From Octopus vulgaris (lineage: Eukaryota), in contig OX597829.1 of assembly GCA_951406725.2 (NCBI GenBank), positions 39,556,001-39,620,000 on the forward strand: DNA of 64,000 nt, given 5' to 3'. Position numbers and translations under genes: made by a program. Every line of letters starts with the position of its first letter. Position 1 is the stretch's first letter. Below the pieces are notes generated by a model, which saw nothing but the letters and a program-made list of their open reading frames with translations, ran no database searches and was not told the DNA's origin. Positions 40,579-55,326 of this stretch are shown piece by piece.

Positions 40579-40973
40579 GTAAAAAAATCAAGGTTGAAGT
40601 TATGATATTTAAACATGTCAAATTTAGCCCAATTTTTTTACTTCCTTTATCCATTTTTCCTTTCTGTCTTTTTAATTGTAATTACTCACATATTATAAAC
40701 ATCTTTCCTTTCTCCTAGGAGAATATTTGGGCTATTCTCTTTTTAGTTAATTATAACTTTCTCAATTATTTAATTATGATATTTTAAATGAGGTGATGAA
40801 ATTTTAAAATCTTATGAAATACTATGTAAAAATGTAACAAGAAAAGAATTTTTTTGTTTTTCTCTTTGGCTCTTTAGCTGATAAGTTGGCTGTAGGCACC
40901 TTGGGCAAGTGTCTTCTACTGTAGACAAAGGTCAAGCCATGACCTGTGAAGGAAGTTGGGGTTCAAAACTGAA

Positions 40974-41039
<66 letters not shown>

Positions 41040-42113
41040 CATTACTATTATGCAAAAGTGTCACAAGTCCAAAATGTTTCAGAAAACAAAAATATAGTTT
41101 TACTATTCCATAGCAAAACCGTTTTACTACACTTTGACTGTTTTTGATGTCTTGGCATCTGAAGTAGCTGGAGATATGACAGTTTGACCAGAAGAACTGG
41201 CTAGTGCAAGCAAAAATAAATATTGCAAAAAAATGCATTTGGCCAAATTTGGACACATGACAGTTTAACATAATATATATGAATATATATGAATATATAT
41301 CATTGATATATATATATATATATATAAATATTTATAATGATATATATTTATAGAAAAAAGAAATTGAAAATGCACTGCTATTCATTTAGATTTTTTTAAA
41401 TTAAAAATTTTTTAGACTTAACCAGTTTCAAAACTTGAGATAGAAAGATGTGGCACTATGCTGCAACTGTCTTTCTTCTGCAGTTACAACATAGTTCCAT
41501 GTCTTTCTCTCTCTTAACTTTTGAAAATCAAGGAAATCTGTGGAACTGGTTAAGCCTTTTAAAACAAAAATAAAAATTTAAACGAATCCCAGTGCATTTT
41601 TCAACTTCTGCTTTTTTTATATTTCTATCTATGTGAAATAAAATAGCTTTGTTTTTCTATGTATGTATGTATATATATATATGTATGTATGTGTGTGTGT
41701 GTGTATGCATGCATGTGTGTGCATGTGTGTTTGTGCATGCATGTGCAAATAATTATGAGACCATTCTGTGCAATGGCCATAAATGGTAACATCACTATGG
41801 CTCCACTATAAAAGCCATTTTTTTATGTTTGGACACAATTGGTGATGTTTGTTGACTTTTCTTATCAACAAACCACCTGATACTTCTGAACTTTTGAATT
41901 CTTCTGGAATACAAACTCCCACACTTGAATAAACAGGTGAGGGTTGGCAACAGAAATAGCATCTGCCCAGAAAATTCTTGCTCAAATTACCTCTCAGTCA
42001 AATCCATATCAGCAAGCAAAAACAGATGTTAAATGGAATGAGCTAATGATGCATACACACACAGGCACAAAGGCAGGCATGTACGTGCACACGCACACAC
42101 ACACACGCGCGTG

Positions 42114-42148
<35 letters not shown>

Positions 42149-42446
42149 AGTGTGTATATGTATAGATTGTGTGATTGCTAGACTATTGGATTATTGTTAT
42201 ACATCACTAGTCACAATGTGCTTTGCATCATTATATCTTTTGAATCATGCAACCTTGCTGGCTAGGCAAGCAGGCTAACATTCCCTCTGATCAGAAGGCC
42301 AGACCTTTGCAGGTTCACCCATTTACAGCTGAGTGGACTGGACAGGAAGTGTTTTTCTCTAAAACACAATGCAATGCCTGATCTGGGAATTGAACCCGCA
42401 ATCTGGTGATTGTGAGTGAAACAACCTACCCACTAGGCCATATGTA

Positions 42447-43341
42447 TTGGGTCATCCCATAAATGGTGTGGTTTTTATACTTATTTTTCAGAATTGAGAT
42501 AAACGAAGTTCTTTTTTTTAATCTAAAATATACTTTCCTTTATTTTCTACAATGTGCTTCCATCTATTTGGTAGATTTGCAAGGCCCCTCTTCCAAAATT
42601 CAGTTGTCTGTGATGAAAAATACTCTTCCAGTATTGTTCTGACTCCATCTACAGAATTGATATTTTTTTGTCCAAATGATTTTGAAGACTGTGGAATAAA
42701 TGATAATCAGATGGGGCAATGTCTGGTGAATATGGTGGGTAGGGCATCGTTTCCCATTCAGACTGCTCCAGCCTTTGGAATGTCATCCTCACTGTATGTG
42801 GCTGAGCATTATCCTGATAGAAGAACACCTTTTGTCTTGAAACCAAAGATGGTCGATGAATGGTTGAATGACCAAATCCAAGCTTCTCTGCTAGTTCTTC
42901 AACTGTTACAATGGGATTTTATTCAACCAGGGTTTGAAGGGCAATCTCGTTGAGCTATACAGATCTTCCAAGATGAGGCTCGCCTTCTAGGCTGTAGTTT
43001 CCGGCTTGGAATTTCTGGAACCACTCTTGACACTGGCTTATGTTTATTGTCTGATCCCCATATACTGCATTAATATTCCTCACACTTGCTGTTGCATTGT
43101 TGCCTTTATTGAACTCATAGAGAAAAATATGCCACATATGCTCCTTTGCCACTTCCATTATAGTTTTGAAAAGTTACTGTTAAAATCTAACAGCACTCTT
43201 CAAAACTTGCACTAAGAACAAGGACAAGGTAAAATAACTACCTGCTTCTATAGCAAATTGATGCAGGTAGTTTATCCCGTCTTCCTATGACTTTTAGTTC
43301 ATGCAAATGAACAAAACCACCTTATTTATGGGATGACCTAA
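42447..43341 (-). mobile_element. Internally deleted mariner transposon (pseudogene transposase)
   Basis: TA-flanked TIRs TTGGGTCATCCCATAAAT / ATTTATGGGATGACCTAA. N-terminal HIFLYEFNKGNNAT...WFQKF and catalytic QDNAQPH...PPYSPDIAPSDYHLF. Confidence 0.92.
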
Positions 43342-43609
43342 TATATATGTAGTGGAAAAGGTGCATCAGTAGATGTTGAGGTAGCAGATGAAATAAACAT
43401 GTGTACGACTTCAAAGTAAACAATGGAATAACATTGGTTTGTAGTTTAAATAATTCATTTAAATGACACTTGCATTTGCTTATTGTATACACAAATATTC
43501 ACTACATCGATTCACTATCAACTGCTTTGTGCTGGCGAAGAGATCAACAGGATACATACTGTGAATGTGATAGTGTTGAACAGTGTATCTACTGATACAC
43601 CTCTTATAA

Positions 43610-44024
43610 GGCAGTGAGCTGGCAGAAACGTTGGCACGCCGGGCGAAATGCTTTGCGGTATTTCGTCTGCCGCTGCGTTCTGAGTTAAAATTCCGCTGAG
43701 GTTGACTTTGCCTTTCATCCTTTCGGGGTCGATAAATTAAGTACCAGTTACGCACTGGGGTCGATATAATCAACTTAATCCGTTTGTCTGTCCTTGTTTG
43801 TCCCCTCTGTGTTTAGCCCCTTGTGGGTAGTAAAGAAATAGGTATTTCGTCTGTCGTTACGTTCCGAGTTCAAATTCCGCCGAGGTCGACTTTGCCTTTC
43901 ATCCTTTCGGGGTCGATAAATTAAGTACCAGTTACGCACTGGGGTCGATGTAATTGATTTAATCCGTTTGTCTGTCCTTGTTTGTCCCCTCTGTGTTTAG
44001 CCCCTTGTGGGCAGTAAAGAAATA
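43610..44024 (+). mobile_element. Tandem dimer of SINE family A with 15-bp TSD
   Basis: GATAGTGTTGAACAG occurs at ~43569-43583 and again at ~44024-44039. Confidence 0.85.
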
Positions 44025-44370
44025 GATAGTGTTGAACAGGACATGTTTTGTATCTGTGTGTGCATTGGTCACTTTGTGGTGTCTTTTTAGGTTCTGGGAT
44101 ATCGTCTGTCATTCATGTTGAATATCTGAGAAATTACTGGCTGGCTACCTTGTGTGCGTCTCTCTCCATCCCTGACTTTATTATCTGTCCCTTTATGGAT
44201 TACTTTATTTATGTAGGAGTGGTTGTGTGTTAAGTAGCTTGCTTATGAAACACATGGTTCTGTGTTCAGTCCCACTGCATGGCATCTTGAGCAAGTGTCT
44301 TCTACTATAACATCGGGTCGACCAAAGTCTTGTGAGTGGATTTGGTAGATGGAAACTAAAAGAAGCCCAT

Positions 44371-44439
<69 letters not shown>

Positions 44440-45023
44440 ATATGTATGTATATGCATGTGTGTAGGTGTTTGTGTGTCTGTGTTTGTCCCCCCAACATCG
44501 CTTGACAATCAATGCTGGCGTGTTTATGTCCCCGTAACTTAGTGGTTCGGCAAAAAGAGACCAATAGAATAAGTACTAGGCTTACAAAGAATAAGTTCTG
44601 GGGTTGATTTGCTTGACTAAAAGGCGGTGCTCCAGCATGGCCGCAGTCAAATGACTGAACCAAATAAAAGAATATATATATATATATATATATTGAAGGC
44701 TCATGTTCCTAGTGATTAGGGTGTTGCACTCATAATTGCAAGATTGTGATTTCAATTCCCACACCTGTAGTGCATTGGGTTTCTAAGCAAAAAAAAAACA
44801 ACAAAAACAAAACACTTGATTTAACTCTGGTCCAGTCCACTCAGCTGTAGATGGATAACGTTGTGATGGCCTGGTATTCTGTTCAGAGTTAATGTTGGCC
44901 TGCCCACCTAGCCAAAGGGGGTGGCATCATTTGGAAGCTACTGCAATGCAAGGAAGCTCATTGTGACCAGCAGTGTACAATAGCTTACAATATTCAATAG
45001 TCTAGTCAATACAGTGATGCAGT

Positions 45024-45116
<93 letters not shown>

Positions 45117-45546
45117 ATGAAAGAGAGAGATAGAGAAAGAAAATTCATTATATAAAGTAATTTATATTTGCAAATCATATTAACCAAGCATATATTAAAA
45201 TAAAATATAGATTTTTTTTTTTTACGTCTCTCTTCAGGCTTTGAGTTTCTGTCTTTCAATAACGACATGATTGTAGCAGAAAAATATTTCCATTATGTGG
45301 TAGCTTTCCCATGCTAGAAATTTCTTCCAATTACAATGCAGCATTTCTGTTTCTGTTTTTATTTTTATTTTTATTTTTATTTTTTGACAAGGAGTCTAAC
45401 ATATTTATGTGCTAAGATTGGCTTCTTTCTTATACTATCTCTAACAAGGCTACTTGATGCTTGGCTGGTGCTCAAGGCCTAAGCCAAAATCCATAGGTAT
45501 TGACCTGTGAATACGCCAAGTTTTGTTTAATGAATTTACAAATGCA

Positions 45547-45610
<64 letters not shown>

Positions 45611-45640
45611 CCACCACCACCACCATCATCATCATCACTC
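45547..45640. repeat. (CAT)n/(CAC)n microsatellite
   Basis: Directly visible. Confidence 0.95.
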
Positions 45641-47229
45641 TCTTCATGATCATCACTATCATTGTCCTCACCATCCTATCCACCACCATCGCTACCATCA
45701 TTTTATATCTGATTTCCGTGCTATCATAAACTGTATAGATTATTATGATCTGAGTAAGTTCTTTTTTTTTTTTGCTTATTTTTTTTTTATTTTGCCGCCA
45801 CTGTCTGCCTAGACCAAAATGAAGGACCGTCTCTCACTTGCATGTTTCAATGCTTGCTTTTGTTTTGCTACAGCTGGACGTCTGAGTTTACACTAACCAC
45901 TTTACATAGTGTACTGTTTGCTTTTCTTCTTAGCACCATCATTGGAGAGGTTGTCATGTCCTTGGCAAGATGAAAAAGATTTTTCTGTATCCCTCCCCCA
46001 CCCCCACATCCTCTTTGCTCATTCACCAATCACTTTAGAAAGTGTTCTGGATGCATTTTATTTTGGCACTGGTGCTAATGGACATGTCTTGTACACCATA
46101 AAATTAAATACTTCAGTTATTCTATGCTGTGTTCATTTATTCAAGAATATACAAGAAGGAAAGTGAACAGAATAGACAGTGATGATGGAGGAAAGAAGAA
46201 GAATGGGTGGGTAAAGGGAGAGAGACCTTGATGGTAGAAACAGAATGATTGTGGTGAGAGGGTAGTAAAGAGAGTAAGAGATAATAATGGGGGTGTTCAG
46301 TAGTGGCAGTGAGAATGAGTGGCCTGAGCGGCAAGCTGGCAGAAACGTTAGAACGCTGGGAGAAATGCTTAGCGGTATTTTGTCTGCTGTTACGTTCTGA
46401 GTTCAAATTCCACCGAGGTCGACTTTGCCTTTCATCCTTCCAGGGTCGATTAAATAAGTACCAGTTATGCACTGGGGTCGATATAATCGACTTAGTCCGT
46501 GAGGGAACAGTGCATGCCATCAAAGTGACACTGAGGTACAAATATACAAAGCTCAGTATGCCCATCATGACTAGACGTCTGAATAGGGTACACTAGACAC
46601 ATGCATCACAACCATATGTGCGTGACATGGTGATGTCATATCAAGATAAACAGCACATGACCTTGCAGGTGGGGCCCAGTTAGAATTTTCTTCAGATTGA
46701 GTCATCCACTCTGGTCAAAAGGTTCCTGAATAGGGTTTTCTAAGGATGATGAACGAAACACCCATGTTTCCAGAAGTGAATTATCCAAACCCCAAAAAAT
46801 TCCTCTCAACACATGGCTATGATGCTCCCCCACTATTTCTGCTCGTGATCAGAGATGTACATATCGTCAGCCTCTAAGGGACATGGTCAACTGGTTATGG
46901 TCAAACAACTGGCAAGCAAATCTGTGGTATTGAGCAGAATACTTGTTGTAGTCCATTTTCGATACCAAGACTAAACAATGTACATGATAACACTTCCAAT
47001 CACTTAAGATCAGAAGCCATGAGTTCCGCTGCCCAGTATTGCATCACGGCATTCACAGTTAAACTGTAACAAACATGCAGTATTTGTTCTGTTTTTTTTT
47101 CCATGTTTTGATCTCAAACTCTACCAAGGCCATCTATGCCTTTCTTTCAATGGAGATTGATGAAATAGAGAGTCAGTTGGGCGTGAAAGTAATCAGCTGC
47201 TACCTTTCTCCCAATTTAAGGTCCCATAC

Positions 47230-47797
47230 CTATTTCTTTACTACCCACAAGGGGCTAAACACAGAGGGGACAAACAAGGACAGACAAAGGGATTAAGTCG
47301 ATTATATTGACTCCAGTGCGTAACTGGTACTTAATTTTTCGACCCTGAAAGGATGAAAGGCAAAGTCGACCTCGGCAGAATTTGAACTCAGAACATGATT
47401 TCTTTACTACCCACAAGGGGCTAAACACAGAGGGGACAAACAAGGACAGACAAAGGGATTAAGTCGATTACATCGACCCCAGTGTGTAACTGGTACTTAA
47501 TTTATTGACCCCGAAAGGATGAAAGGCAAAGTCGACCTCGGTGGAATTTGAACTCGGAACGTAATGCCAGACGAAATACCTATTTCTTTACTTCCCACAA
47601 GGGGCTAAACATAGAGGGGAGAAACGGATTAAGTCGATTACATTGACCCCAGTGTGTAACTGGTACTTAATCTATCGACCCCGAAAGGATGAAAGGCAAA
47701 GTTAACCTCGGCAGAATTTGAACTCAGAACGTAATGCCAGACGAAATATGGCTACACATTTCAGCCGGCATGCTAACGTTTCTGCCAGCTCACGGCC
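47230..47797 (-). mobile_element. Tandem trimer of SINE family A
   Basis: Three successive TTTCTTTACT.CCCACAAGGGG...GAACTC units; only the rightmost retains the head. Confidence 0.85.
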
Positions 47798-48764
47798 TAT
47801 CAACAGGATACATACTGTGAATGTGATAGTGTTGAACAGGACATGTTTTGTGTCTGTGTGCGCATTGGTCACTTAGTGGTGTCTTTTTAGGTTCTGGGAT
47901 TACCTTTGTTAGAAATGGTTAATGATTAATGTATGACTGTTGAATTAGAAAAGAGTGTTTATATAATAGCTAGTTTTCTATAGTTAGTCTCTGTTGTTAT
48001 TACTGTTGCCATTTCTGACAATATGTTTATTATGCTCTATGTGAGATTTCCATGCAACAAATACTTTATTTACACAGTTGTGGGTATAAAGTTGCACTCT
48101 TCCACACGTTTGGTTGAAGTAATATGTTCAATGGTAGAGTAACAAGCTATTTAGTTAGCTTGTTCCATTTTTATTACTACAAACACATCTTTGACATTTT
48201 CAGTAATACTAAGCATGCTTTTGACATTAATAGGAAGTCCAGATGCAGTTGATGAAAATTTTGGTCTCTTCTAGAATAGTAGTACTTCAGTTTGTTAAAG
48301 ATATTTGTCTTTTTATATATTCACATGTAGTTCTAGTTTACTTCAAATGATATTGTATCTCTTTTCAAAATTGTTTAGTTTTTGGTGGTTGCTTTTTTTT
48401 TTGTGTGTGTGTATGTTTGTATATATGTTGTGTTTGTGTGTGTGTGTAGTCAGTGATAAATTCTTTCTGAGTATATTAATTTGACATGAACAGTGTGATG
48501 CTTGGAGAGAAAACAAGGCATGAACTTATCTGTGAAACTACTGTCTGTGCTTATACATGTGTGTTACACATGTATAACATACATGTATATACATGTATAT
48601 ACATGTGTGTGTCGGATGTAAAATATAAAATGTGAAGTTGAAATATGTACTAGCGTTGTTATACAAAAATAACTATATATAAGGTGTAAAGCAAAATTCA
48701 AATACGAAAGTCAAAATTTTCTGAAAGTCAAAAGTTTTACCCATATGGTATTTTTTTGATTGAC

Positions 48765-49038
48765 ATTTTAAGTCTTGCAGTGTGCCTGCAAGAATTTAAA
48801 AGTTCATGTCTGTGGTTCAATGCATATTTATCATGGAACAGGAAGAATAACTTTTCTGAGAGGCAAAGATTTTTTTTCATAGGTCTTCTATAAGCTCCAT
48901 GTTTGTATGATGGTGCTTCTCCCAAAATTGTCCAGCTAATATTGAAAGGATGGGTATCATTCTCTTTCAATTGCCAGAATATGTTTTGCAAAACTTGTTG
49001 CTGTTCTATTCTTGGGGTATCGGAAAGAATTTTGGTGG

Positions 49039-49041
<3 letters not shown>
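48765..49041 (-). mobile_element. Penelope-like element, GIY-YIG endonuclease C-terminal fragment (frameshifted)
   Basis: HQNSFRYPKNRTATSFAKHI / WQLKEND..FNISWTILGEAPSY...NLCLSEKLFFL...LNHRHELLNSCRH matches the conserved PLE C-terminus pattern (H..SF...T.LS..IW.LK...W.I...C.LCL.EK...LN.R.EL...CRH). Confidence 0.8.
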
Positions 49042-49079
<38 letters not shown>

Positions 49080-49476
49080 TGTGTGTATCTTTGTGTTTGA
49101 CCCCACCCCATCACCACTTGACAACCAGTTTTGAAGTATTTACATCCATATAACTTAGTGGTTTGGCAATAGAAACTGATAGAATAAGTACTAGACTTAC
49201 AAAGAGTAAGTCCTGGGATCGACTTGTTTGACTTGAAGGCAGTGCTCCAGCATGGCTTCAGTTAAAAGACTGACCGTGTGGGTACTGTTGGCGATTTTTT
49301 TTTTTCCTCCGTCTTCCCATTTTTGGATCTTTCCTTTTCCTATGTTTCTGGCGAAGAGCTCCGTTCGAAACATTAAACCCTCCTTCTTTCCTTCTTTCCT
49401 GAGCGTCCAATAATACTTTACTTGTTCCACATCCTCGCATTGTTGTGTTTTCATGTTTGGATTAACTATATATATA

Positions 49477-50344
49477 CAGAGTGTGATGGGTAAATTGTTG
49501 TCATTTTATATTTTTACTTTTGCACATTGTTTGTTTTTGATTTTTTGATGACTACACAATACAGTAGGGTCAGTTGGGCACCATCTGTGAGAAAAACAGC
49601 ACCATGATGCAATTCACTCAAGCCAGAAATTTGGAAACAACATGCTGTACTGCTTGGCATTCATGCCAGAAGCTCCAATATGAACATTTCAGAGTATTTG
49701 GGTGTCACTCTGAGGACAACGCAATCTGAGGACATGTACCAAGAGTTATAAAAATCAAACATCCAGTCAACATCATGTCACTAGTGATGGTGATGTTATG
49801 CCTCAATTCATCTTCTCACACAACTTCAGACTCAACACAGAAGCCTACATCAAGTGCCTGGATGATGTAATGCTGCCCTGAGTCAGTAGGCTGCTGGAAG
49901 ACCCTATGTCTGGCAACAGGACTCTGCACCATGCCACACAAGCAGGAGAACCCAGTCATGGCTTTCAGACAATTTCTGTGAATACATTACTCCTAACATC
50001 TGGCCACCTAACTCCCCGGACTGTAACCCCCTTCATTATTATGTCGGGTGTAGTTGGGTGAGAGACCAACAAAATTTCTTGTAACAGCAAAGATGGACTG
50101 AAGGCAAGGATTATGGCAGCATTCACCAACTTAAAAAAGGAGACCGTCCAGAAGAGTTGTAGGAGATTCTGAAGTCGTCTGGAGGCCATGGTTGGAACCA
50201 ATGGGTGATTTTATTGAATAAATTTACTCTTTAGTATTTCAAGATATATTTATGTAATTTTGGTAAATACATCAGTTAAAATGAGATGTCAGTGTTATTT
50301 TCATTTTTGCATAATTTAGACGACAGTTTATTCACCGCACCCTG
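49477..50344 (+). mobile_element. maT-like (DD37D) Tc1/mariner relic, internally deleted
   Basis: TA|CAGAGTGTG...CACCCTG|TA ends. WQQDSAPCHTS...WPPNSPDCNPLHYY has 37 residues between the second D and the third catalytic position (here H, codon CAT). Confidence 0.85.
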
Positions 50345-52558
50345 TAAATATATTATCTGAAATGTAGAATTAATTAGTTCTGCTGAATGTTACCGAATGT
50401 AATTAATTCATCTTGTCAAATTTACTCTACTCGTTACTTCTGAGTGATATTATGTCTTGTCAAGGTCAAATAACTCAGATAGTTAACAGGGGTGACAGAA
50501 GGGCAAATTCATTCTGAAGTCTGTTTGAACAGGCTTAATTGAAGACATAACAGGAACTTCATAATGAATTCAGCTTGAACAGAGCTCTTTCTGTCATCTA
50601 GAAGTAAATGGCATAAAAGTAGATATTTGGCAAATCATGGCTACAATGATTGTTGTATATTTAATAACTAGTGAGAAAAAAATTCTATGCATTTTGAAGA
50701 AATGCATAGAATGTGTAAGATACAACGTGTATTTATTTTAACCTGTTACATAAGCAGCTTTGCCTCTAAATTACCAGTGAGTCTATCAATAAGTAGTTTA
50801 AAACGTGGCTGAGGAAAAAAATATCCTGTCTTTAGAGCCCCTCACAAAATATGTATTGTTTAGAAACAGACCAGTTCAAAGACACCATTTATAGGAATCA
50901 GTAAAAACAAAACAGACTGTTAGGTTAATATATTGTTTCTCTGGTTTTCCTGAAAGTGTAAGGGATAACTCTGGACATGTTAGTGTATTACTATCTTATT
51001 CTGCCTTCCTTAGTGCAGCATAGAACTCACCATACAAGCCAAACTTGTTGTGGAGGAGAAATTATTTACTACCAATATAGGGTTGCACATTTATTGACTT
51101 TTTTATAGATTTATTTCTTTGGTGATGCCATTCATATGGGGGGAATTACAATCGTGTTTTGTGGTCTGCTACCACAACAGCTCCTTTATAGGATCCAGTT
51201 AGCTCAAGACATCATCTCAGGAGGAACCATGTCTGGTTTCGACCCCTACTCCTCTACCGTTTTGACATGGCGCCCCACCCCTTTCGGAGGTGTCTTCAGT
51301 TCTGGTGTTGCGTGCATGTCTTCTTTCTTCTTCTTTCTTCTGTTCCCTGGCCTCTTCGATGTATCGTCAGCGAGTGTCAGCCGGTGACTGACTGACTTGT
51401 CAAATTTTTCCCTTTAAATACCTGCCGCTAGGCTCCAGCAGGCAGTCCCAGCAAGTTGTCACGTGACACTGTCTCACTTTAATCACTGACTCTTTCATTA
51501 ATCTAGTGAATACTAAAAAACAAAAAAAAACTACTCTTTACTGAGGAAATCAGAATAACACTGGAACAGAAAAATAAAATGAGATAATACTCTATGTTTG
51601 TTCCACTTCATAGTCTTTCTAGTCTTTTCTTTCCAGTTTACAGGTTACATGCATTAACCACCACATTTATTATTACCAATATAACCTGTATTGTTCAGAT
51701 GTCAACAGCAAGTCCCTCCTCAATACAAGTGCCTGTATATAGAAAATTAATTAAGTTCACAAAGTTAATAAAATTTGCTTAAACCTGCTGACACACCAAA
51801 TTTCTTGTTTTATTTAGTCATTCAACCTGTGTGGTGACACATGAATCACCCATGTGGAACATGTAAAAAGCACCTGTGCAGTGACATGTAAAAGCACCCA
51901 TGTGGTGTCATGTAAAAGCACCCAGTGCACTCTGTAAAATGATTGGTATTAGGAAGTGGGGCATCCAGCCATAGGAACTCCTGCCAAAAACAGACTGGAG
52001 TCTGGTGCAGCTCCCCCCCAGCTTACCAGCTTTGTTCACACCATCCAACTCATGCCAGCATGGAAAGTGGACATTAAAAAAATGATGATGATGATGATGA
52101 TGATGATTGAAGTGACAAGAAAATTGCGACCTGAATGAATGCACAAAAGTAGAAACTCAAAAGCAGTAATGGAATGAGTGACTAGCTATAAGTGAAGAAA
52201 CTCTACCAGATGTATTTAACGCTCTATGCACACACACACACACACACAAAAGCTAAAAATCCAGTTCTAAAATCCCTCTTAGAGATGATCGCAGTAGTTA
52301 TACTAGCAAGTAATGTTTGTAGCCACTTCAACGTTGCTGTTTCCATATATACGATGGGCTTCTTTTAAAGTATGGCCGTTTGCCAGCCCCGTCTGGCACG
52401 TAAAAAGCACCCACTAAACTCACGGAGTGGTTGGCGTTAGGAAGGGCATCCAGCCATAGAAACATTGCCAGATCAGATTGGAGTCTGGTGCAGCCTTCTG
52501 GCCTCCCAGACCCCAGTTGAACCGTCCAACCCATGCTAGCATGGAAAGCGGACGCTAA

Positions 52559-52592
<34 letters not shown>

Positions 52593-53878
52593 ACTGTGAA
52601 TTTTTAACTCCAAGAGGACATCTCCAGCTGGTTAACAATGCACGGCTGTATCTAAGATGTTGCTAGCACAGGGAGCAAACTTCTACCACCTTTTAATGAC
52701 AGGACCAACAGACCAGCCTGGTTTTGGGCTATTTCTGCCTGCCCTTCAATACTAGACACCTTATCTACTAGAGATGGCAGTAGCTCACCTCTACTTGCAA
52801 TACTCTTTACTCTTACTCTTTTACTTGTTTCAGTCATGTGACTGTGGCCATGCTGGAGCACCGCCTTTAGTCGAGCAAATCGACCCCAGGACTTATTCTT
52901 TGTAAGCCTAGTACTTATTCTATCAGTCCTTTTTGCTGAACTGCTAAGTTACGGGGATGTAAACACACCAGCATTAGTTGTCAAGCGATGTTGGGGGGAC
53001 ACACACACACACACGCGCATATATACGATGGGCTTCTTTTAGTTTCCGTCTACCAAATCCACTCACAAGGCTTTGGTCAGCCCAAGGCTATGGTAGAAAA
53101 CACTTGCCCAAGGTGCCATGCAGTGGGACTGAACCCAGAACCACGTGGTTGGTAAGCAAGCTACTTACCACACACCCACTCCTACACCTTATATATAAAT
53201 ATATATAAATTCAATTGATACTGTTGCTGATTTTGCAACAAGCAAAAAGTCCAGTTCTAAAATCCCTCTTAGAGATAATCGCAGTTGTTATACTAGCAAG
53301 TAATGTTTGTAGCCACTTCAACAAGGCTGTTTCCATTTGAACGGACTTTTACTGTGAATTTTTAACTCCAAGTGGACATCGCCAGCTGGTTAACAATGCA
53401 CAGCTGTATCTAAGATATTGTGAGCAAGGGAACAAACTGCTACCACTTTCTAGCAATGGGACCAGCATATCAGTCTGGTTTCATGCTATTTCTGCCTCTC
53501 TTCAGTACTGGACACCTCGTTTGCTAGAGATGGCAGTAGCTCACCTCTATAGGATGCAGCTGTTGTAATGATTTGAACAGCTTACAAGGCTGCTGCCATG
53601 AGCATCTTTCTCTGTTATATCTATCATCATATTACTATCCTGCTGTCAGCATCCCTTTAGCTTCCCCAACTCATGCACGCCCTCTCCTCAACCCTCCCCA
53701 GATTTTACAGATGTTGCTTCTCCCCCACTCACCTCACATCTCTGCCCCCTCCACACTTTTGCAAACCCCGCACCCACTGTTGCTCCTCCTACCCGAGGTG
53801 ACACCAAGACACCTCATCACCATTGTCTGTCTCTTTTAATTTATTCTTACTTTGTCTTTCCTAAATGTAAGTAACCAT

Positions 53879-54291
53879 ATAGGCACAGGAGTGGCTGTGT
53901 GGTAAGTAGCTTGTTTACCAACCACATGGTTACGGGTTCAGTCCCACTGCGTGGTACCTTGAGCAAGTGTTTTCTACTATAGCCTCGAGCCAACCAAAGC
54001 CTTGTGAGTGGATTTAGTAGATGGAAACTGAAAGAAGCCCGTCGTATATATGTATATATATATATATGCGTGTGTGTGTTTGTGTGTCTGTGTTTGTCCC
54101 CCTAGCATTGCTTGACAACCGATGCTGGTGTGTTTATGTCCCCGTTACTTAGCAGTTCAGCAAAGGAGACCGATAGAATAAGTACTGGGCTTACAAAAAG
54201 AATAAGTCCCGGGGTCGAGTTGCTCGATTAAAAGGCGGTGCTCCAGCATGGCCATGGTCAGATGACTGAAACAAGTAAAAGAGTAAAGAGT
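53879..54291 (+). mobile_element. SINE family B, full copy
   Basis: Head to tail colinear with the other B copies. Confidence 0.9.
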
Positions 54292-54703
54292 ATGTAACTC
54301 CTCTACAACAAGGACCTGCTCCACTTCAACCTTTTCCTTCGTACTTTAACCCACCATCTAACAGAATGATGCAGCACTCCTCTTCTTTGGAGTTACCTTT
54401 GAGCTGTATGGCGATCTCTCTAGCACTGGCAGCACAGAAAAAAAACACACACTATATGCTATAAAATGGTTCGCATAACAAAAGGACATCCAGCCATAGA
54501 AATCATGCGAAAGCAGTCACTGGAGCATAATGCAGGCTTTGGATTCATCAGATCTTTATCAAATGGTCCAGCATGGAAAAGGAGGACTTTAAATAATGAT
54601 GATAATGATGATTTACGCACACACACAGGCACACACACACATTCACCCATAAGATCAATAAATTTTTTGGCTTTTATAAATTTAATTTGTACCACTATAT
54701 ATG

Positions 54704-54735
<32 letters not shown>

Positions 54736-55326
54736 AACCAAAATTGCGAGGATGATCCGGTTCTTGACTGAAGATTAGAGGCTTCGAATGACCCGTCCGT
54801 TTTTTTTGTGTCGTCTATTTGAATGTTTTGCGTTCTTGTCCCATTTTGTATTTTTATATATATTTTTTATACACACACACACACACACACACACACGTAT
54901 ATATATTTACTTTGTTGTTACAGATTGCGTTTTATATTTATTTTCATTTCCTTCTTCCATTTCCTTTCAAAAATAATGATGATGACCATTATTACTATTA
55001 CATTGATGAATGTTATCAGTTTCTTATAAATTGTCAGGAATACATTGAAGATAAATGAAATAACTCAATAATAAAAATCATTTGCATATTTTTCTTTTCA
55101 TATCCTCTTTGTTATCTTTTCCTTTTCTTCTTTCATTTCAATTTCAATGTTTTTGGCAATTTTTGTGAACATAGTTTCCCCATATCTCTATGTTTTTATC
55201 ATGTTTCCTCATCTCTGCTTTGTATAGAGTTTTTTTTTTTTTTTTTTTTTTTTTTGCTAATTTCAGTTTTTTTCTACATTTTTAAAATATTATTTTACTA
55301 TATTCTTTTTTAAAATTTCTTTTCAG

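Noticed and set aside
51205-51305. Minus-strand CTGAAGA...GAAA-CCA-gaca-TGG-TT as a hammerhead
   Set aside because: Stem I cannot be formed and CACCTC pairs preferentially with the adjacent GGGGTG.
54760-54800. CTGAAGA motif as a hammerhead (also 40071)
   Set aside because: No stem II followed by GAAA in the required register.
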